Shown piece by piece: positions 18,190-28,243 of a stretch of DNA of 64,000 bases (the stretch's first letter is position 1; the number at the start of each line of letters is the position of its first letter). The translations under genes and the position numbers were made by a program. The stretch lies in contig JBDHDE010000035.1 of NCBI GenBank assembly GCA_039591655.1, positions 17,247 to 81,246 on the forward strand, given 5' to 3'. This DNA is from Gemmatimonadota bacterium. GTDB lineage: Bacteria > Gemmatimonadota > Gemmatimonadetes > Gemmatimonadales > GWC2-71-9. Below the pieces are notes generated by a model. The model had not been told where the DNA came from. It saw only the letters and a list, made by a program, of their open reading frames with translations, and did not search any database.

Positions 18190-19020
18190 ATGTCCGAGCT
18201 TGCCGAGGACTCGAGGAAGCTGGCGGAGCGTCTCGAGGGAATCGAGGTGGCGGCGTGGGAGGACTTCTACCGGGCCGCCCCGGACGAGGCAGCCCGAAAG
18301 TTCGGCATACAGGTGGCGCCGGTGGGAGGCGGGGTGCTGGCGATTGCCTCACAGACCGATGTCCTGGCGTACAACCGCGTCGTCGGCCTGGGGATCGGAG
18401 AGCCGGCGTCGGAGCGGCACTTGGACCTGATCATCCGGCGGTATCGGGAGACCGGCGCGTCCCGGTTCTTCGTGCAGGTCTGCCCCGAGGCGAATCCGCC
18501 GGATCTCTCCCACTGGCTGGAGGCCCGCGGCTTCCGACACTACAACAACTGGATGAAGCTCTACCGCGGCGTCGAGAAGGCGCCGGAGTCCTCCACCGAC
18601 CTCCGGGTCGAGTGCATCGGTGAAGCCTGGGCCGATGCGTTCGGTGACGTCGCTGCCCGGTGCTTCGATTGGCCGGACTTCGTACGGGAGTGGGCTGCCG
18701 GGTTGGTGGGACGCCCGGGGTGGCACCACTACGTAGCCTTCGACGGCGAGCGCCCCGCGGCCACCGCCGCATTCTACGCCCGCGGCCGAGACGCCTGGTT
18801 GGACTTCGCCGGCACGCTGCCGGAGTATCGCGGTCGCGGCGCCCAGAGCGCTCTCATCGTGCGGCGCATCGAGGACGCCCGCGCCCTCGGATGCCGGTGC
18901 CTGGCCGTGGAGACCGCGCAGCAGACCCCAGAGCGGCAGGCGCCCTCCTACCGCAATACGCTGAGCCTGGGGTTTCAGGTGGCGTACGTGCGGCCCAACT
19001 ACCTCTGGAGTCGCGAATGA
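18190..19020 (+). CDS. GNAT family N-acetyltransferase
   Basis: Acetyl-CoA motif TLPEYRGRGAQSAL and SYRNTLSLGF; GAGGAG RBS before ATG 18190. Confidence 0.85.
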   Translation: MSELAEDSRKLAERLEGIEVAAWEDFYRAAPDEAARKFGIQVAPVGGGVLAIASQTDVLAYNRVVGLGIGEPASERHLDLIIRRYRETGASRFFVQVCPEANPPDLSHWLEARGFRHYNNWMKLYRGVEKAPESSTDLRVECIGEAWADAFGDVAARCFDWPDFVREWAAGLVGRPGWHHYVAFDGERPAATAAFYARGRDAWLDFAGTLPEYRGRGAQSALIVRRIEDARALGCRCLAVETAQQTPERQAPSYRNTLSLGFQVAYVRPNYLWSRE

Positions 19021-19067
19021 ACCTGTGCGCCGATCGTGAGGCCACGGCGCGGGCCGGGTGCCGAGGC

Positions 19068-19661
19068 CTAGCTCGTCACGGGGCGCCGAATCCCGGTGAC
19101 CTCCTCGACGGTGGGAACGGAGTCGAGCGGGACTCCCATGAGCTGGGCCAGTGCTGCCCGGGCAAGGGACGGATGGGTACCGAGCCACATCAGATGCTCG
19201 CCCTGGGTATAGAAGTAGTGTATCCGTCCGAAACCGAACACCATGTCCACGCGGGTGCCAGTGACGCGGAAGCGCTGGTGGTGGCCGTAGCCGCCGCTCC
19301 CGCGCCCGATGCCGGACGCCATTGCCACCTGCTGTGAGTCGGCTTCCTCGGCGGAAGCGAAGCGGCTGACGTAGATCATAGCTCCCATCGCATCCGTGCC
19401 GTAGTGGCCGATATAGCTCTGGGTGGGAGCGACATCCTGCTCGTGCATTCGCTCGAGGATAGCTGCCGCCTCATCTCCTGCGTGCTCCTCTCGGAGCTGC
19501 AGCCCATGAATCTCCGCCGGCAACGGTGAGTCGTCCGCCGCCGACCCGCCGCTCCCGGCACAGGCAGCCGCGAGGGGAATCAGGGCCGACAGCAGGCCGG
19601 TGAGGAGCCTGCCACGATGTATCGCCACGGGAGCTCGCACACACACCTCCGAGTCGTTCAT
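19068..19661 (-). CDS. Hypothetical lipoprotein
   Basis: Hydrophobic segment ending LAAAC, followed by a globular region. The start is uncertain. Confidence 0.6.
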   Translation of the reverse strand: MNDSEVCVRAPVAIHRGRLLTGLLSALIPLAAACAGSGGSAADDSPLPAEIHGLQLREEHAGDEAAAILERMHEQDVAPTQSYIGHYGTDAMGAMIYVSRFASAEEADSQQVAMASGIGRGSGGYGHHQRFRVTGTRVDMVFGFGRIHYFYTQGEHLMWLGTHPSLARAALAQLMGVPLDSVPTVEEVTGIRRPVTS

Positions 19662-19825
19662 CAGGTCGCATCGGCCGCTGCTACGGCCGTCCGGGACGAG
19701 AACCATACCAACGCGGCCCTCGATCTGCCAAGTCAGGTGCGGTTCCAGTAGTGACGTTGCGATGGTCTCGAGTTCCTCGGTAATCTGAGTAGCGCGACTG
19801 AGTCCTACCAGACGAGAACCCATAG

Positions 19826-20869
19826 GTGACCGTGGCTCGGATCCTCTTCCTCGCCGATACCCATCTCGGATTCGATCTGCCGCTGCGGCCGCGGATCGAG
19901 CGGCGGCGACGCGGCCACGACTTCTTCGACAACTACGAACGGGTCCTCGACGCGGCACTCGCCGAGCGGGTGGACGCCATCGTGCATGGCGGCGACCTGC
20001 TGTATCGCAGCCGGGTCCCGGCCAGACTGGTGCAGCAGGCGTTTGCGCCGCTCAAGCGCATGGCCGAGGTGGGGGTTCCGGTGTACCTGGTGCCGGGGAA
20101 TCACGAGCGGTCGCACATCCCCCATGCCATGCTGGCCCTCCACCCGCGCATTCACGTGTTCGACCGGCCCCAGACCTTTGCACTCGAAGCGAAGGGCCTG
20201 CGGCTGGCGCTAGCCGGCTTTCCCTGTGAGCGGAAGGAGGCGCGCAAGCGCTTCGCTGCGCTAGTGGAGGATACGGGATGGCGCGACGCGGGCGCGGCGG
20301 TGAACCTGCTCTGCGTCCACCAGGCATTCGAGGGTGCCACCGTGGGTCCTAGCGACTTCACCTTTCGGTCAGGTGACGATGTGGTCAGGGGGGCCGACGT
20401 GCCGGCGCCGTTCGCGGCCGTGTTGGCTGGACACGTACATCGGCACCAGGTGTTGACGTCCGATCTCGGGGGCCGACCGCTCCCGACGCCAGTACTCTAT
20501 CCGGGGTCTATCGAACGCACATCCTTCGCGGAGAAGGACGAACCCAAGGGCTGCCTCCTGTTGGAGGTGGGAATCGGCGACTCACCGGGTGGGGTGCTGC
20601 GAAGCTGGGAGTTCCGCCGTCTCCCTGCGCGCCCCATGCTGGTGCGTGAGCTGGACGCCGATGGAGCCGATCGCGCTCGCCTGCTGGCCATGGTAATGCA
20701 GGCCGTAGGAGAGGCGCCTACCGACGCGGTGCTGCGGCTACGGATTCATGGCCGGCCGGCCGCCGAGGCGCGAGCGGTGCTTGGCGCCGCAAGCCTGCGA
20801 TCCATCGCTCCCGCCACGATGAACGTGGAGGCGGTGCTGGTGGACGAGCGCCGGCCACCCCTCCGCTAG
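19826..20869 (+). CDS. SbcD/Mre11-like metallophosphoesterase (DNA repair exonuclease)
   Basis: Motifs ADTHLG, GGDL, PGNHE, AGHVH and YPGSIERTSFAE. Confidence 0.88.
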   Translation: MTVARILFLADTHLGFDLPLRPRIERRRRGHDFFDNYERVLDAALAERVDAIVHGGDLLYRSRVPARLVQQAFAPLKRMAEVGVPVYLVPGNHERSHIPHAMLALHPRIHVFDRPQTFALEAKGLRLALAGFPCERKEARKRFAALVEDTGWRDAGAAVNLLCVHQAFEGATVGPSDFTFRSGDDVVRGADVPAPFAAVLAGHVHRHQVLTSDLGGRPLPTPVLYPGSIERTSFAEKDEPKGCLLLEVGIGDSPGGVLRSWEFRRLPARPMLVRELDADGADRARLLAMVMQAVGEAPTDAVLRLRIHGRPAAEARAVLGAASLRSIAPATMNVEAVLVDERRPPLR

Positions 20870-22173
20870 CGTGATGGCCGGTCGTGGTCGGATGAAATCG
20901 AGTGGCCGCTCGCTCGATGCGCGATCAGTCGTGCCCCCCGGTGGCGCGTGAAGTAGTTCCACGCCCACCGGAAGAATACCAGCACTCGGTTCTCGAACTC
21001 CACCAGATACATCAGGTGGACGAAAAGCCAGAGAAGCCAGGCCGGGTATCCCGAGAAGCGAAACCTCCCAAAATCCGCAACGGCAGCGGCGCGTCCGATA
21101 GTGGCGAGCTGGCCCTTGTCGAGGTACCGGAACGGCACCACGGAGCGCCCGCGCAACCGGCGCTTGATCAACGAAGCCACGTAACGCCCCTGAGCCATCG
21201 CCACCGGCGCCAGACCGGGGAGTGGCTCGCCCGTCTGGTGGGCGAAATGGGCGAGGTCCCCGATGACGAAGATCCCGGGATGTCCGGGCACGGTGAGGTC
21301 GGGCTCCACGATGACGCGGCCGAGAGAGTCCAGCTCCGCGCCCGCGGCGTCGGCCACAGCCCGGCCCAGGGGTGTGGCGCGCATACCGGCCGCCCACAAG
21401 ATGGTGCGGCTCGGGTATGTCGCCTCGCCCTGGGGTGAGCGCACCCTGACCTCGCGCTCCGCGATGCCGGTCACGAGAGTGTCGGTGTGCACGTCCACAC
21501 CGAGCCGCGCCAGCGACCGAACGGCCTTGGCCGACAGGTCCGGCGGGTAGCCGGGCAGCACCCGGTCGCCCCCCTCGAGCAGCAGGATCCGGGCCCGGGT
21601 CGTGTCGACTGCGCGAAAGTCGCTCCGCATGGTCTGCTTGGCGAGCTCCGCAATCGCACCGGCGAGCTCCACCCCGGTGGGCCCCCCACCTACGACCGCG
21701 AACGTGAGCCACGCCTCCCGGGACGGCCCGTCGGGTTCGCGTTCAGCCGCCTCGAACGCAGCGAGCACCCGACAGCGGATGTCCGTGGCGTCCTCGATGG
21801 TCTTGAGGCCCGGCGCGTGGCGCTCCCAGTGATCCTGCCCGAAGTAGTGATGGCTGACACCGGTGGCGACTATCAGCGTGTCGAAGGGGAGCTCGTCGTC
21901 GGTAAGCTGCACCTTCCCGCGGGCCGCGTCGATGCTTGTTGCCTCCGCCAGCCACACCCGCACGTTGCGCTGCCGCCGCAGGACCCAGCGGAGGGCCGAC
22001 GCGATGTCGCCCGGTGAGAGCCCTCCAGTCGCCACCTGATAGAGCAGGGGCTGAAACAAGTGGAAGTTGCGGCGGTCCACGAGCGTGATCTCGAGCGGCG
22101 CGCGGCGGAGCCGCTGCGCAGCGTAGAGGCCGCCGAACCCACCGCCGATGATGACCACCTGGTGCTTGCGCAT
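20866..22173 (-). CDS. ndh: Type II NADH dehydrogenase (FAD-dependent)
   Basis: Motifs IIGGGFGG, FQPLLYQVATG, VVGGGPTGVELAG, IFVIGD and YLDKGQLATIGR. Confidence 0.9.
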   Translation of the reverse strand: MRKHQVVIIGGGFGGLYAAQRLRRAPLEITLVDRRNFHLFQPLLYQVATGGLSPGDIASALRWVLRRQRNVRVWLAEATSIDAARGKVQLTDDELPFDTLIVATGVSHHYFGQDHWERHAPGLKTIEDATDIRCRVLAAFEAAEREPDGPSREAWLTFAVVGGGPTGVELAGAIAELAKQTMRSDFRAVDTTRARILLLEGGDRVLPGYPPDLSAKAVRSLARLGVDVHTDTLVTGIAEREVRVRSPQGEATYPSRTILWAAGMRATPLGRAVADAAGAELDSLGRVIVEPDLTVPGHPGIFVIGDLAHFAHQTGEPLPGLAPVAMAQGRYVASLIKRRLRGRSVVPFRYLDKGQLATIGRAAAVADFGRFRFSGYPAWLLWLFVHLMYLVEFENRVLVFFRWAWNYFTRHRGARLIAHRASGHSISSDHDRPSR

Positions 22174-22329
22174 CAGCCAAGTCTAACACCACCGGCCGCC
22201 AATAGCCGACCGCAGTCATCGGCATTCTCACGCTCCGGCCGCGAACCATTGCGGTACCTGCTTCGTAGTACGAGGTAGGACGAGCCCAACGAGCATGACC
22301 ATCGAAGCAGGCCGTGGAGGGAGGCGACG

Positions 22330-23505
22330 ATGACGACTTCCGGCACCGAGCCGAAGCACTCCACCGCGGACATCAGCCGCCGGGATTTCGTGCGCATGTC
22401 GGCGTGTGCGCTGGGCGGCACCGCGGCCGCGGCGTGCATCGGCGGGACGACTGGTCCGGCCGAACCGACGGCGCTTGTCGCGGCCACCAAGGGTAGCGAT
22501 CTGAGCAGCATGACCCGCGATGTACTGGAGGGGATTGGGGGTATCGAGCAGGTCGTGCACGAAGGCGAGACGGTCTTCATCAAGCCCAACATGGTGACCC
22601 TCCCATGGGCGGGGAGCAGCAACCCCTTCGCGGCGGGCGAGTGCACTAAGCCGGAGATCGTCGTCGCCGTCGCCGAGGAATGCCTGCGGGCGGGCGCCGC
22701 GGAAGTCATCATTGGCGATGGATCCCAGGTGCCGACGCTGAATTGGGAGTACGCCACTACGCTGGATGGCTCGACCAATCTCGTTCGTGAAGCGGTGCGC
22801 CTCAGCTCGGCCTATGCGGGAGACGTGAGAGTCGCCTCTCTCGAGACCGACTCACCCGATTGGGTGGAGCTCCCGTCTCGCACCTATCTCGGCACCATCG
22901 CGGTCTCCAGTCTCGTGGCCCGGGCCGATCGGGTGATATCGATCCCGGTGGCGAAGACCCATGCCTGGGCACAGGTCACCCTGTCGCTGAAGAACTTCAT
23001 CGGTGTCACGCCGCTGGAGCGTTACGGTGTGTGGATGGACGCGGGCTACTGGGACCGCGGCCGGGTCCTCGATCACAGCAGTGCGCGGTCGATCGCGGAG
23101 ATCTACCTCGACATCGTGGACGGTGTGAAGCCGGACCTCGCGATCATCGACTTCTCGTACGGGATCGAGGGGGATGGCCCGACCCTCGGTCAGGGTAACA
23201 CCAGTACTGTAGATGTGCGCGAGCGACTCGGCTCCTGGCTCCTCCTCGCATCCACGGATCTCGTAGCGGCCGATGCAACGGCCGCGCGCGTCATGAGCCA
23301 CGATGCGGCAGCGATGGTGCAACTGCTCATGGGGTACGAGATGGGGCTCGGCGAGATCCGTGAGGACCGGATTCGGGTCGTCGGCGAGCGACTCGATGAT
23401 CTGCGGGTCGAGTGGCAGCCGACCCGTCTCAGGAATCGCCTGAGTCGGGGACCGGGTGCGAAGCCGACCTGCCCGTTCGCCGATCACGTGGGACATGCGG
23501 TGTGA
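22330..23505 (+). CDS. DUF362 domain protein with Tat signal
   Basis: SRRDFVR twin-arginine motif; VFIKPN, AKTH, TLSLKN and ASTDLVAAD motifs. Confidence 0.85.
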   Translation: MTTSGTEPKHSTADISRRDFVRMSACALGGTAAAACIGGTTGPAEPTALVAATKGSDLSSMTRDVLEGIGGIEQVVHEGETVFIKPNMVTLPWAGSSNPFAAGECTKPEIVVAVAEECLRAGAAEVIIGDGSQVPTLNWEYATTLDGSTNLVREAVRLSSAYAGDVRVASLETDSPDWVELPSRTYLGTIAVSSLVARADRVISIPVAKTHAWAQVTLSLKNFIGVTPLERYGVWMDAGYWDRGRVLDHSSARSIAEIYLDIVDGVKPDLAIIDFSYGIEGDGPTLGQGNTSTVDVRERLGSWLLLASTDLVAADATAARVMSHDAAAMVQLLMGYEMGLGEIREDRIRVVGERLDDLRVEWQPTRLRNRLSRGPGAKPTCPFADHVGHAV

Positions 23506-23598
23506 GGCTGCGAATGGGCATCCATGTCTCAACAGGGTAAGGCCCTGCCGCTTGCATAATACGCTCGCGGCCTCAACCCGCCCGTCCGCCCGCCTCGC

Positions 23599-25416
23599 CT
23601 ACTGCGCCAGCCAGCTCCGGAACCCCAACAACACCCGCTGCGCGTTGTTGAGCGACGCGCTCTCCTCCAACACGGCCACCAGGACGGTGGGCTCATCCGT
23701 GATGATGTTGTCCACGCGCAGGTGGATCATGTCCCACATCTGCTGTGGGTCGTTCACGGTCCACACGTGCACTTCCACGTCTCGGCGGTGAGCCCGCCGG
23801 ATCCGGTTTCGGGACACGAACTGGGTGCTGACGCTCAAGAGATCGACGGGGAGGCGGGACGCGTCCCCAATGGCGGTGGCCACGATCGCGCCCACTGCAA
23901 GCTCGGGGCTCCGGAGCTTCATCGCGCGGACGGCCGCCTCGTCGAGTGACGTGATCACACACTCGGCGGTGAAATCGTTGCGCTCGACGAGTTCGGCCAC
24001 CCGCTCCACCAACCCCTCAGGCGCGCCCTTCACCTTGAGCTCGATGTTGAGCTTGATCCGGCCGCGGGCCAGGTCCATAGCCTGTTGCAGGGTGGGTGCC
24101 CGCTCGCCGGCGAAGTCGGGTGAGAACCAGGAGCCGACGTCGAGCGCGCCGATCTCTTCGTACGTGAGGTCGGCGATACTCCTGGCCACGCCCGCCACCC
24201 GCTGAAAGTCGGCATCGTGCAGCACCACGACCACGCTGTCAGCCGAGAGCTGCACGTCGATCTCGGCGAAGTCGGCGCCGTCGTCAATGGCCTGCCGGAT
24301 CGCGCTGAGGGTGTTCTCGGGCGCGGCGCGGGAGCTGCCTCGGTGGGCTGTCACCGCCACTCGGTGGTCGAGCCGCAGCTGACCGAGGATGGTCACGGCC
24401 GTCACCGCCGCGACGGCCAGAATGGCGAGGACCGAGACCCATGCCAGTCCGGCCGCAGATGCGAATCGTGGAGCGGCTGCGGCACGGCGCTCGGCAGGCG
24501 CGGCCTCTGGTGGCGAACCTGCCAGGTCCGCGTAGATCTGCATGATCAGCGCTGCGTCAACGGTGGCGGCGACGGCCGAGATGACAGCGGCGCCCACGAC
24601 GTACAGCGCTATGAGGAGCGCTACCGCGGCCAACACGTACACCGTCCGATCTCCGATTCGGTCGAGAATACCGTTGCTGACTACGTCGAAGGCGGCGTTG
24701 GCGGCAGCCCCCAGGAGCAGGGCGAGCAAGAGCCAACCGACCAGGGCCGCGGCGACGGAGCGCCATGCCTGGCGGACGAGTCGATAGCTCCGCCTCAGCG
24801 CCGTCCATGGGCGTGATTGCTCGAACAACATGATCGGCAGGGCCAGGATCCAGCCCACGTAGAGGGCCGCGAGCAGCACGAGCGCCACGGCACTCACCAG
24901 GGCGCCGATGCCGAGCGCCATCCAGAATTCCGGTGGCCGCTCGGCCAGGTAGTAGTTGATGTCGCTCCCTGAGAGCAGTGAGCGGTACACCAACCAGAGC
25001 GCAATCAGGAACGGCGTCGCCAGCAGCACAAACCCGACGAGCTGGAGCAGGCCGAGCCGCAGCAGGCGAGGGAACCTCCCAGCGACCCTGCGGAGCGCCG
25101 CCACCGGCCGCCCTGGCTCCCCCCGCAACGTCTCCGCGGAGATCACCATCAGCCCGGCCAACTCCATGAAGATGATGCCGAACGACACGGTGCCGACGAC
25201 CACCAGTGCCGCGAGACCGCGCGGCGAGAGGATGAACCCGGCGATCGCTTCGTTGCTGATGGAAACGCTCCCTGTTGATCGTATGAACCCGGCTAGGAGG
25301 GCGGCCACGAGCGGCGCGAGGATCGCGGCGGCGAGCACCTTGAAGAACAGCTCGTACCACAGCATCGGGTAGAGGCTGCGGCTCACAGTGCGCAGAGCGG
25401 AGCGGAGCAATCGCAT
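23599..25416 (-). CDS. Glycerophosphodiester phosphodiesterase with N-terminal membrane domain
   Basis: Multi-TM N-terminus; motifs AHRG, PENT, EIDVQ, LHD, NIELK, WTVN and IITD. Confidence 0.9.
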   Translation of the reverse strand: MRLLRSALRTVSRSLYPMLWYELFFKVLAAAILAPLVAALLAGFIRSTGSVSISNEAIAGFILSPRGLAALVVVGTVSFGIIFMELAGLMVISAETLRGEPGRPVAALRRVAGRFPRLLRLGLLQLVGFVLLATPFLIALWLVYRSLLSGSDINYYLAERPPEFWMALGIGALVSAVALVLLAALYVGWILALPIMLFEQSRPWTALRRSYRLVRQAWRSVAAALVGWLLLALLLGAAANAAFDVVSNGILDRIGDRTVYVLAAVALLIALYVVGAAVISAVAATVDAALIMQIYADLAGSPPEAAPAERRAAAAPRFASAAGLAWVSVLAILAVAAVTAVTILGQLRLDHRVAVTAHRGSSRAAPENTLSAIRQAIDDGADFAEIDVQLSADSVVVVLHDADFQRVAGVARSIADLTYEEIGALDVGSWFSPDFAGERAPTLQQAMDLARGRIKLNIELKVKGAPEGLVERVAELVERNDFTAECVITSLDEAAVRAMKLRSPELAVGAIVATAIGDASRLPVDLLSVSTQFVSRNRIRRAHRRDVEVHVWTVNDPQQMWDMIHLRVDNIITDEPTVLVAVLEESASLNNAQRVLLGFRSWLAQ

Positions 25417-25615
25417 ACGCCTAAGTGACCGTCGGGTTAGCCACCATGCAAGCATCCACCGGGACCCCTGAAGGAGGCCCGGTGGCGCGAGCAGGAAGCG
25501 GTGGCGGAAACCGCGTCGCCGATCGCGGGGTAGACAATACGTAGCGCACTCCGGCACCGGGCGGTATGCTAGCCGTTCGGCCCCGAGTCATCGCTTGCGC
25601 CAACGGAGTCGGATC

Positions 25616-25855
25616 ATGGGATACCGCAGATTCAATGATCGACGTGGGGATGCCTGGGAGGTAAAGGACCAGTCCCGCTCGGAGTGGGAATTCGTGCCGG
25701 TCTCACGCGAGTCCGAGAAGCCGGTCTGGGTACCCGCGCCCGGCTACGAGGGCGATCCCTTCGAGCTCAGCCTCGAGGAGCTGCAGCGCATGCTCGAGGC
25801 GGCGCAGGCGGAGCAGGCGCGGCGCGGAAAGAAGAAGTCGCCGTTCGGGGACTGA
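25616..25855 (+). CDS. Small hypothetical protein
   Basis: GGAG RBS; sequence MGYRRFNDRRGDAWEV...DPFELSLEELQRML. Confidence 0.7.
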   Translation: MGYRRFNDRRGDAWEVKDQSRSEWEFVPVSRESEKPVWVPAPGYEGDPFELSLEELQRMLEAAQAEQARRGKKKSPFGD

Positions 25856-25893
25856 CTAACCGTGACCGCTCACTGAGCGCGAGGAATCACCCG

Positions 25894-26724
25894 TCACCGG
25901 ATCACGGTGAGCCACAGGGCCACCAACGCGAGGGCGACCACCACGATGGCGGGCAGTATCCAGCGCGCCGGATGGCCCGGAGGCTCGACCCCTCGCAGCG
26001 CCTTGGCCAGCTTCGCCACCGCCGGATCGGGATCGGCCCCGAGCTCCTCCCGCATCAGATTCGCATGCAGCGCCGCATGCCGAATGGCCTCCGCCCGGTT
26101 TCCCGCAACGTCGAGGGCCCGCATCAGCGCGAGGGCGACTCGGGAATCGTACGGGTCCAGCGCCGCCCGGCGGCGCCACCACTCCAGGGCGTCCGTGTGC
26201 CTTCCCTCCGCGGTGGCCTGCCCAGCCAACTGCTCCAGCAGCTCGCCGTACGCGCGGGCGAGCCGGCCGCGCTCGGCGTCCACCCACGTCTCGAACTCCG
26301 GCGCGTCCTTGAGATGGATCCCGTCGAGCAGCGGGCCGGCATAGACCGCGGCTGCCTGCTCCAGCTCGCCCTGCGCGATCGCGTCCCCGAACTCCAGGAC
26401 GTCGACCGCGACCATCTCCCGATCGAGCTGAAGGTCCTCCCCCACCGCCTCGACAGCGCCCTCCCCAAGTGCTCTCTTGATGGTGTAGAGGGCGTTGTAG
26501 AGAGCATGGCGGGCGCGCTCTGCGTCGGCATCCGCCCACAGGTACGCCAGCAGCTTGTCGCGGCTGAGTCGGCCGGTAGGCGAGAGCGCCAGCAGCGCCA
26601 GGAGGGCCAGGCGCTGCCGCTGCACAACCGGGCCCGTGAGGGGGCCATCCGGCCCCACCAGCGAGGCGCCGCCCAGCAGCTTAAGCGTGGTCACGGGCCG
26701 GCCTTCGTCCATCGGTTCCGCCAT
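25894..26724 (-). CDS. SARP/BTAD-domain transcriptional regulator with C-terminal TM helix
   Basis: Motifs LKLLGG, LSRDKLLAYLW, YAGPLLDG, FETWVDAER and EELGADP; hydrophobic C-terminus. Confidence 0.85.
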   Translation of the reverse strand: MAEPMDEGRPVTTLKLLGGASLVGPDGPLTGPVVQRQRLALLALLALSPTGRLSRDKLLAYLWADADAERARHALYNALYTIKRALGEGAVEAVGEDLQLDREMVAVDVLEFGDAIAQGELEQAAAVYAGPLLDGIHLKDAPEFETWVDAERGRLARAYGELLEQLAGQATAEGRHTDALEWWRRRAALDPYDSRVALALMRALDVAGNRAEAIRHAALHANLMREELGADPDPAVAKLAKALRGVEPPGHPARWILPAIVVVALALVALWLTVIR

Positions 26725-26884
26725 CGGAAGTGCTTGTCTGCCTTGCCATTAGAGTAAGCTCCGGGCCCCGAGATGACAATCAGACGAGAGCGGGTGGAGA
26801 GGCCCGTGAGGCCTGGCCGCTAACGCGGTCGCGGCAACCAGGACAGCGGCTGGAACGTCACGATAGTTAGGGAGGGGGTGGACT

Positions 26885-27676
26885 ATGAGAAACGCACTAA
26901 CACTTTCGCTTGCCGCCGCAGCCATCGCCGTCGCGGGTTGTGGCGACTCGACGGGACCAGGTGGGGTCCCAATCGATGACGAGTGGCGGGGGCAGATGGC
27001 AGCGGGCGACGTGCTCGAGATCAAGGGCGTGAACGGTGGGGTGATTGCGTCGGCCGCCGCGGGGACCGAAGCCGTGGTGACCACGACCAGGCGCGGCACG
27101 CAGAGTGATCCGGCGACTGTGACCGTCGAGGTCGTGGAGCACGCCGGCGGCGTCACGATCTGCGCGGTGTATCCCGACGTGCCCGGCCAGGCGCCGAACG
27201 AGTGCCTGCCCGGCAATCAGGGTACGATGAACGTGCAGAACAACGACGTCGAGGTCACCTTCACGGTGAGCGTGCCGGCGGGCGTGATATTCGTTGGAAA
27301 GACGGTGAATGGCGGTCTGACCGCCACCAGCCTCGCAAGTGACGCGTACCTGACCACGGTCAACGGTTCGGTGAGCGTCTCGACCACTCAACTCGCCACC
27401 GCCCTGACGGTCAACGGGTCGGTGACGGCGGCGATCGGTTTGGCGACTCCGGACGAGGACCTCAGCTTCACGGCGGTGAACGGACCCGTGGCCGTGACGG
27501 TCCCCGCCGCCATCAACGCCGAGGTCCGCGCAGCCACGGCCAGCGGCAGCGTCACGTCAGACTTCACGCTGAACCAGTTCGCCCCCGGTGACTGGCGTGG
27601 CACCCTGGGCAGCGGCGGGCGGTTGCTCACCCTGACCACCGTCAACGGCGACGTCACGCTCTCGAGCGGGTCCTGA
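26885..27676 (+). CDS. DUF4097 (adhesin-like beta-repeat) lipoprotein
   Basis: Lipobox VAGC; repeated TVNG motifs. Confidence 0.8.
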   Translation: MRNALTLSLAAAAIAVAGCGDSTGPGGVPIDDEWRGQMAAGDVLEIKGVNGGVIASAAAGTEAVVTTTRRGTQSDPATVTVEVVEHAGGVTICAVYPDVPGQAPNECLPGNQGTMNVQNNDVEVTFTVSVPAGVIFVGKTVNGGLTATSLASDAYLTTVNGSVSVSTTQLATALTVNGSVTAAIGLATPDEDLSFTAVNGPVAVTVPAAINAEVRAATASGSVTSDFTLNQFAPGDWRGTLGSGGRLLTLTTVNGDVTLSSGS

Positions 27677-27773
27677 GGAGGACCTATCTTGGCTAAAACG
27701 GAGTCCCGCGGCCCGACTTTTGGGGCTGCGGGACTTCGTGTTAGAGCCGCCCTAAATGACCGCCTTGATACCC

Positions 27774-28136
27774 CTACGCCTGCGAGGCCTGACGCTCCTC
27801 CGCGTTGACCGCCCGCTCCGCCTGCTCGATGCCGGTCCTGACCGCTGCGGTGATCTCGCGCATGGTGCGGATCTTCGCGTGCGGCGAGCCCCCGCGCCGC
27901 GCCACCTGGTTGATCTCGGCCACGCTGTGGGACAGCGCACCGAACCCATTGTCGGCGAGCACGCGGCCGACGTCGGCTGCGGCCCGCCCGATCCGCCCCA
28001 TCAAAGCCAAATCCGGCTGACCCCGCGGCCCGGACGCGGCCTGGCTCACCATGGCGCGAACATGGTCCCACTTGCGCCTGGCTTCCTCCAGGCCGGAAAG
28101 CTTACGTAACGCCGAGCTGCTGAGCGTTGAGCTCAA
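27774..28136 (-). CDS. Hypothetical helical protein
   Basis: GGAGGA RBS upstream of TTG 28136; 120-aa helical sequence. Confidence 0.6.
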   Translation of the reverse strand: MSSTLSSSALRKLSGLEEARRKWDHVRAMVSQAASGPRGQPDLALMGRIGRAAADVGRVLADNGFGALSHSVAEINQVARRGGSPHAKIRTMREITAAVRTGIEQAERAVNAEERQASQA

Positions 28137-28243
28137 GGGATCCTCCGGGTTGTTGTGATTACCGGAATCTAGGTCTTTCGGGTGAGATTCGCCGTGTTCA
28201 GTGTCACACGGCGAGACACCGTAAGCCATTGTCGAACAGTGAC

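Noticed and set aside
19826..20869. SbcD-like nuclease as part of a defence system
   Set aside because: No SbcC/SMC ATPase or other defence genes are adjacent; the neighbours are housekeeping.
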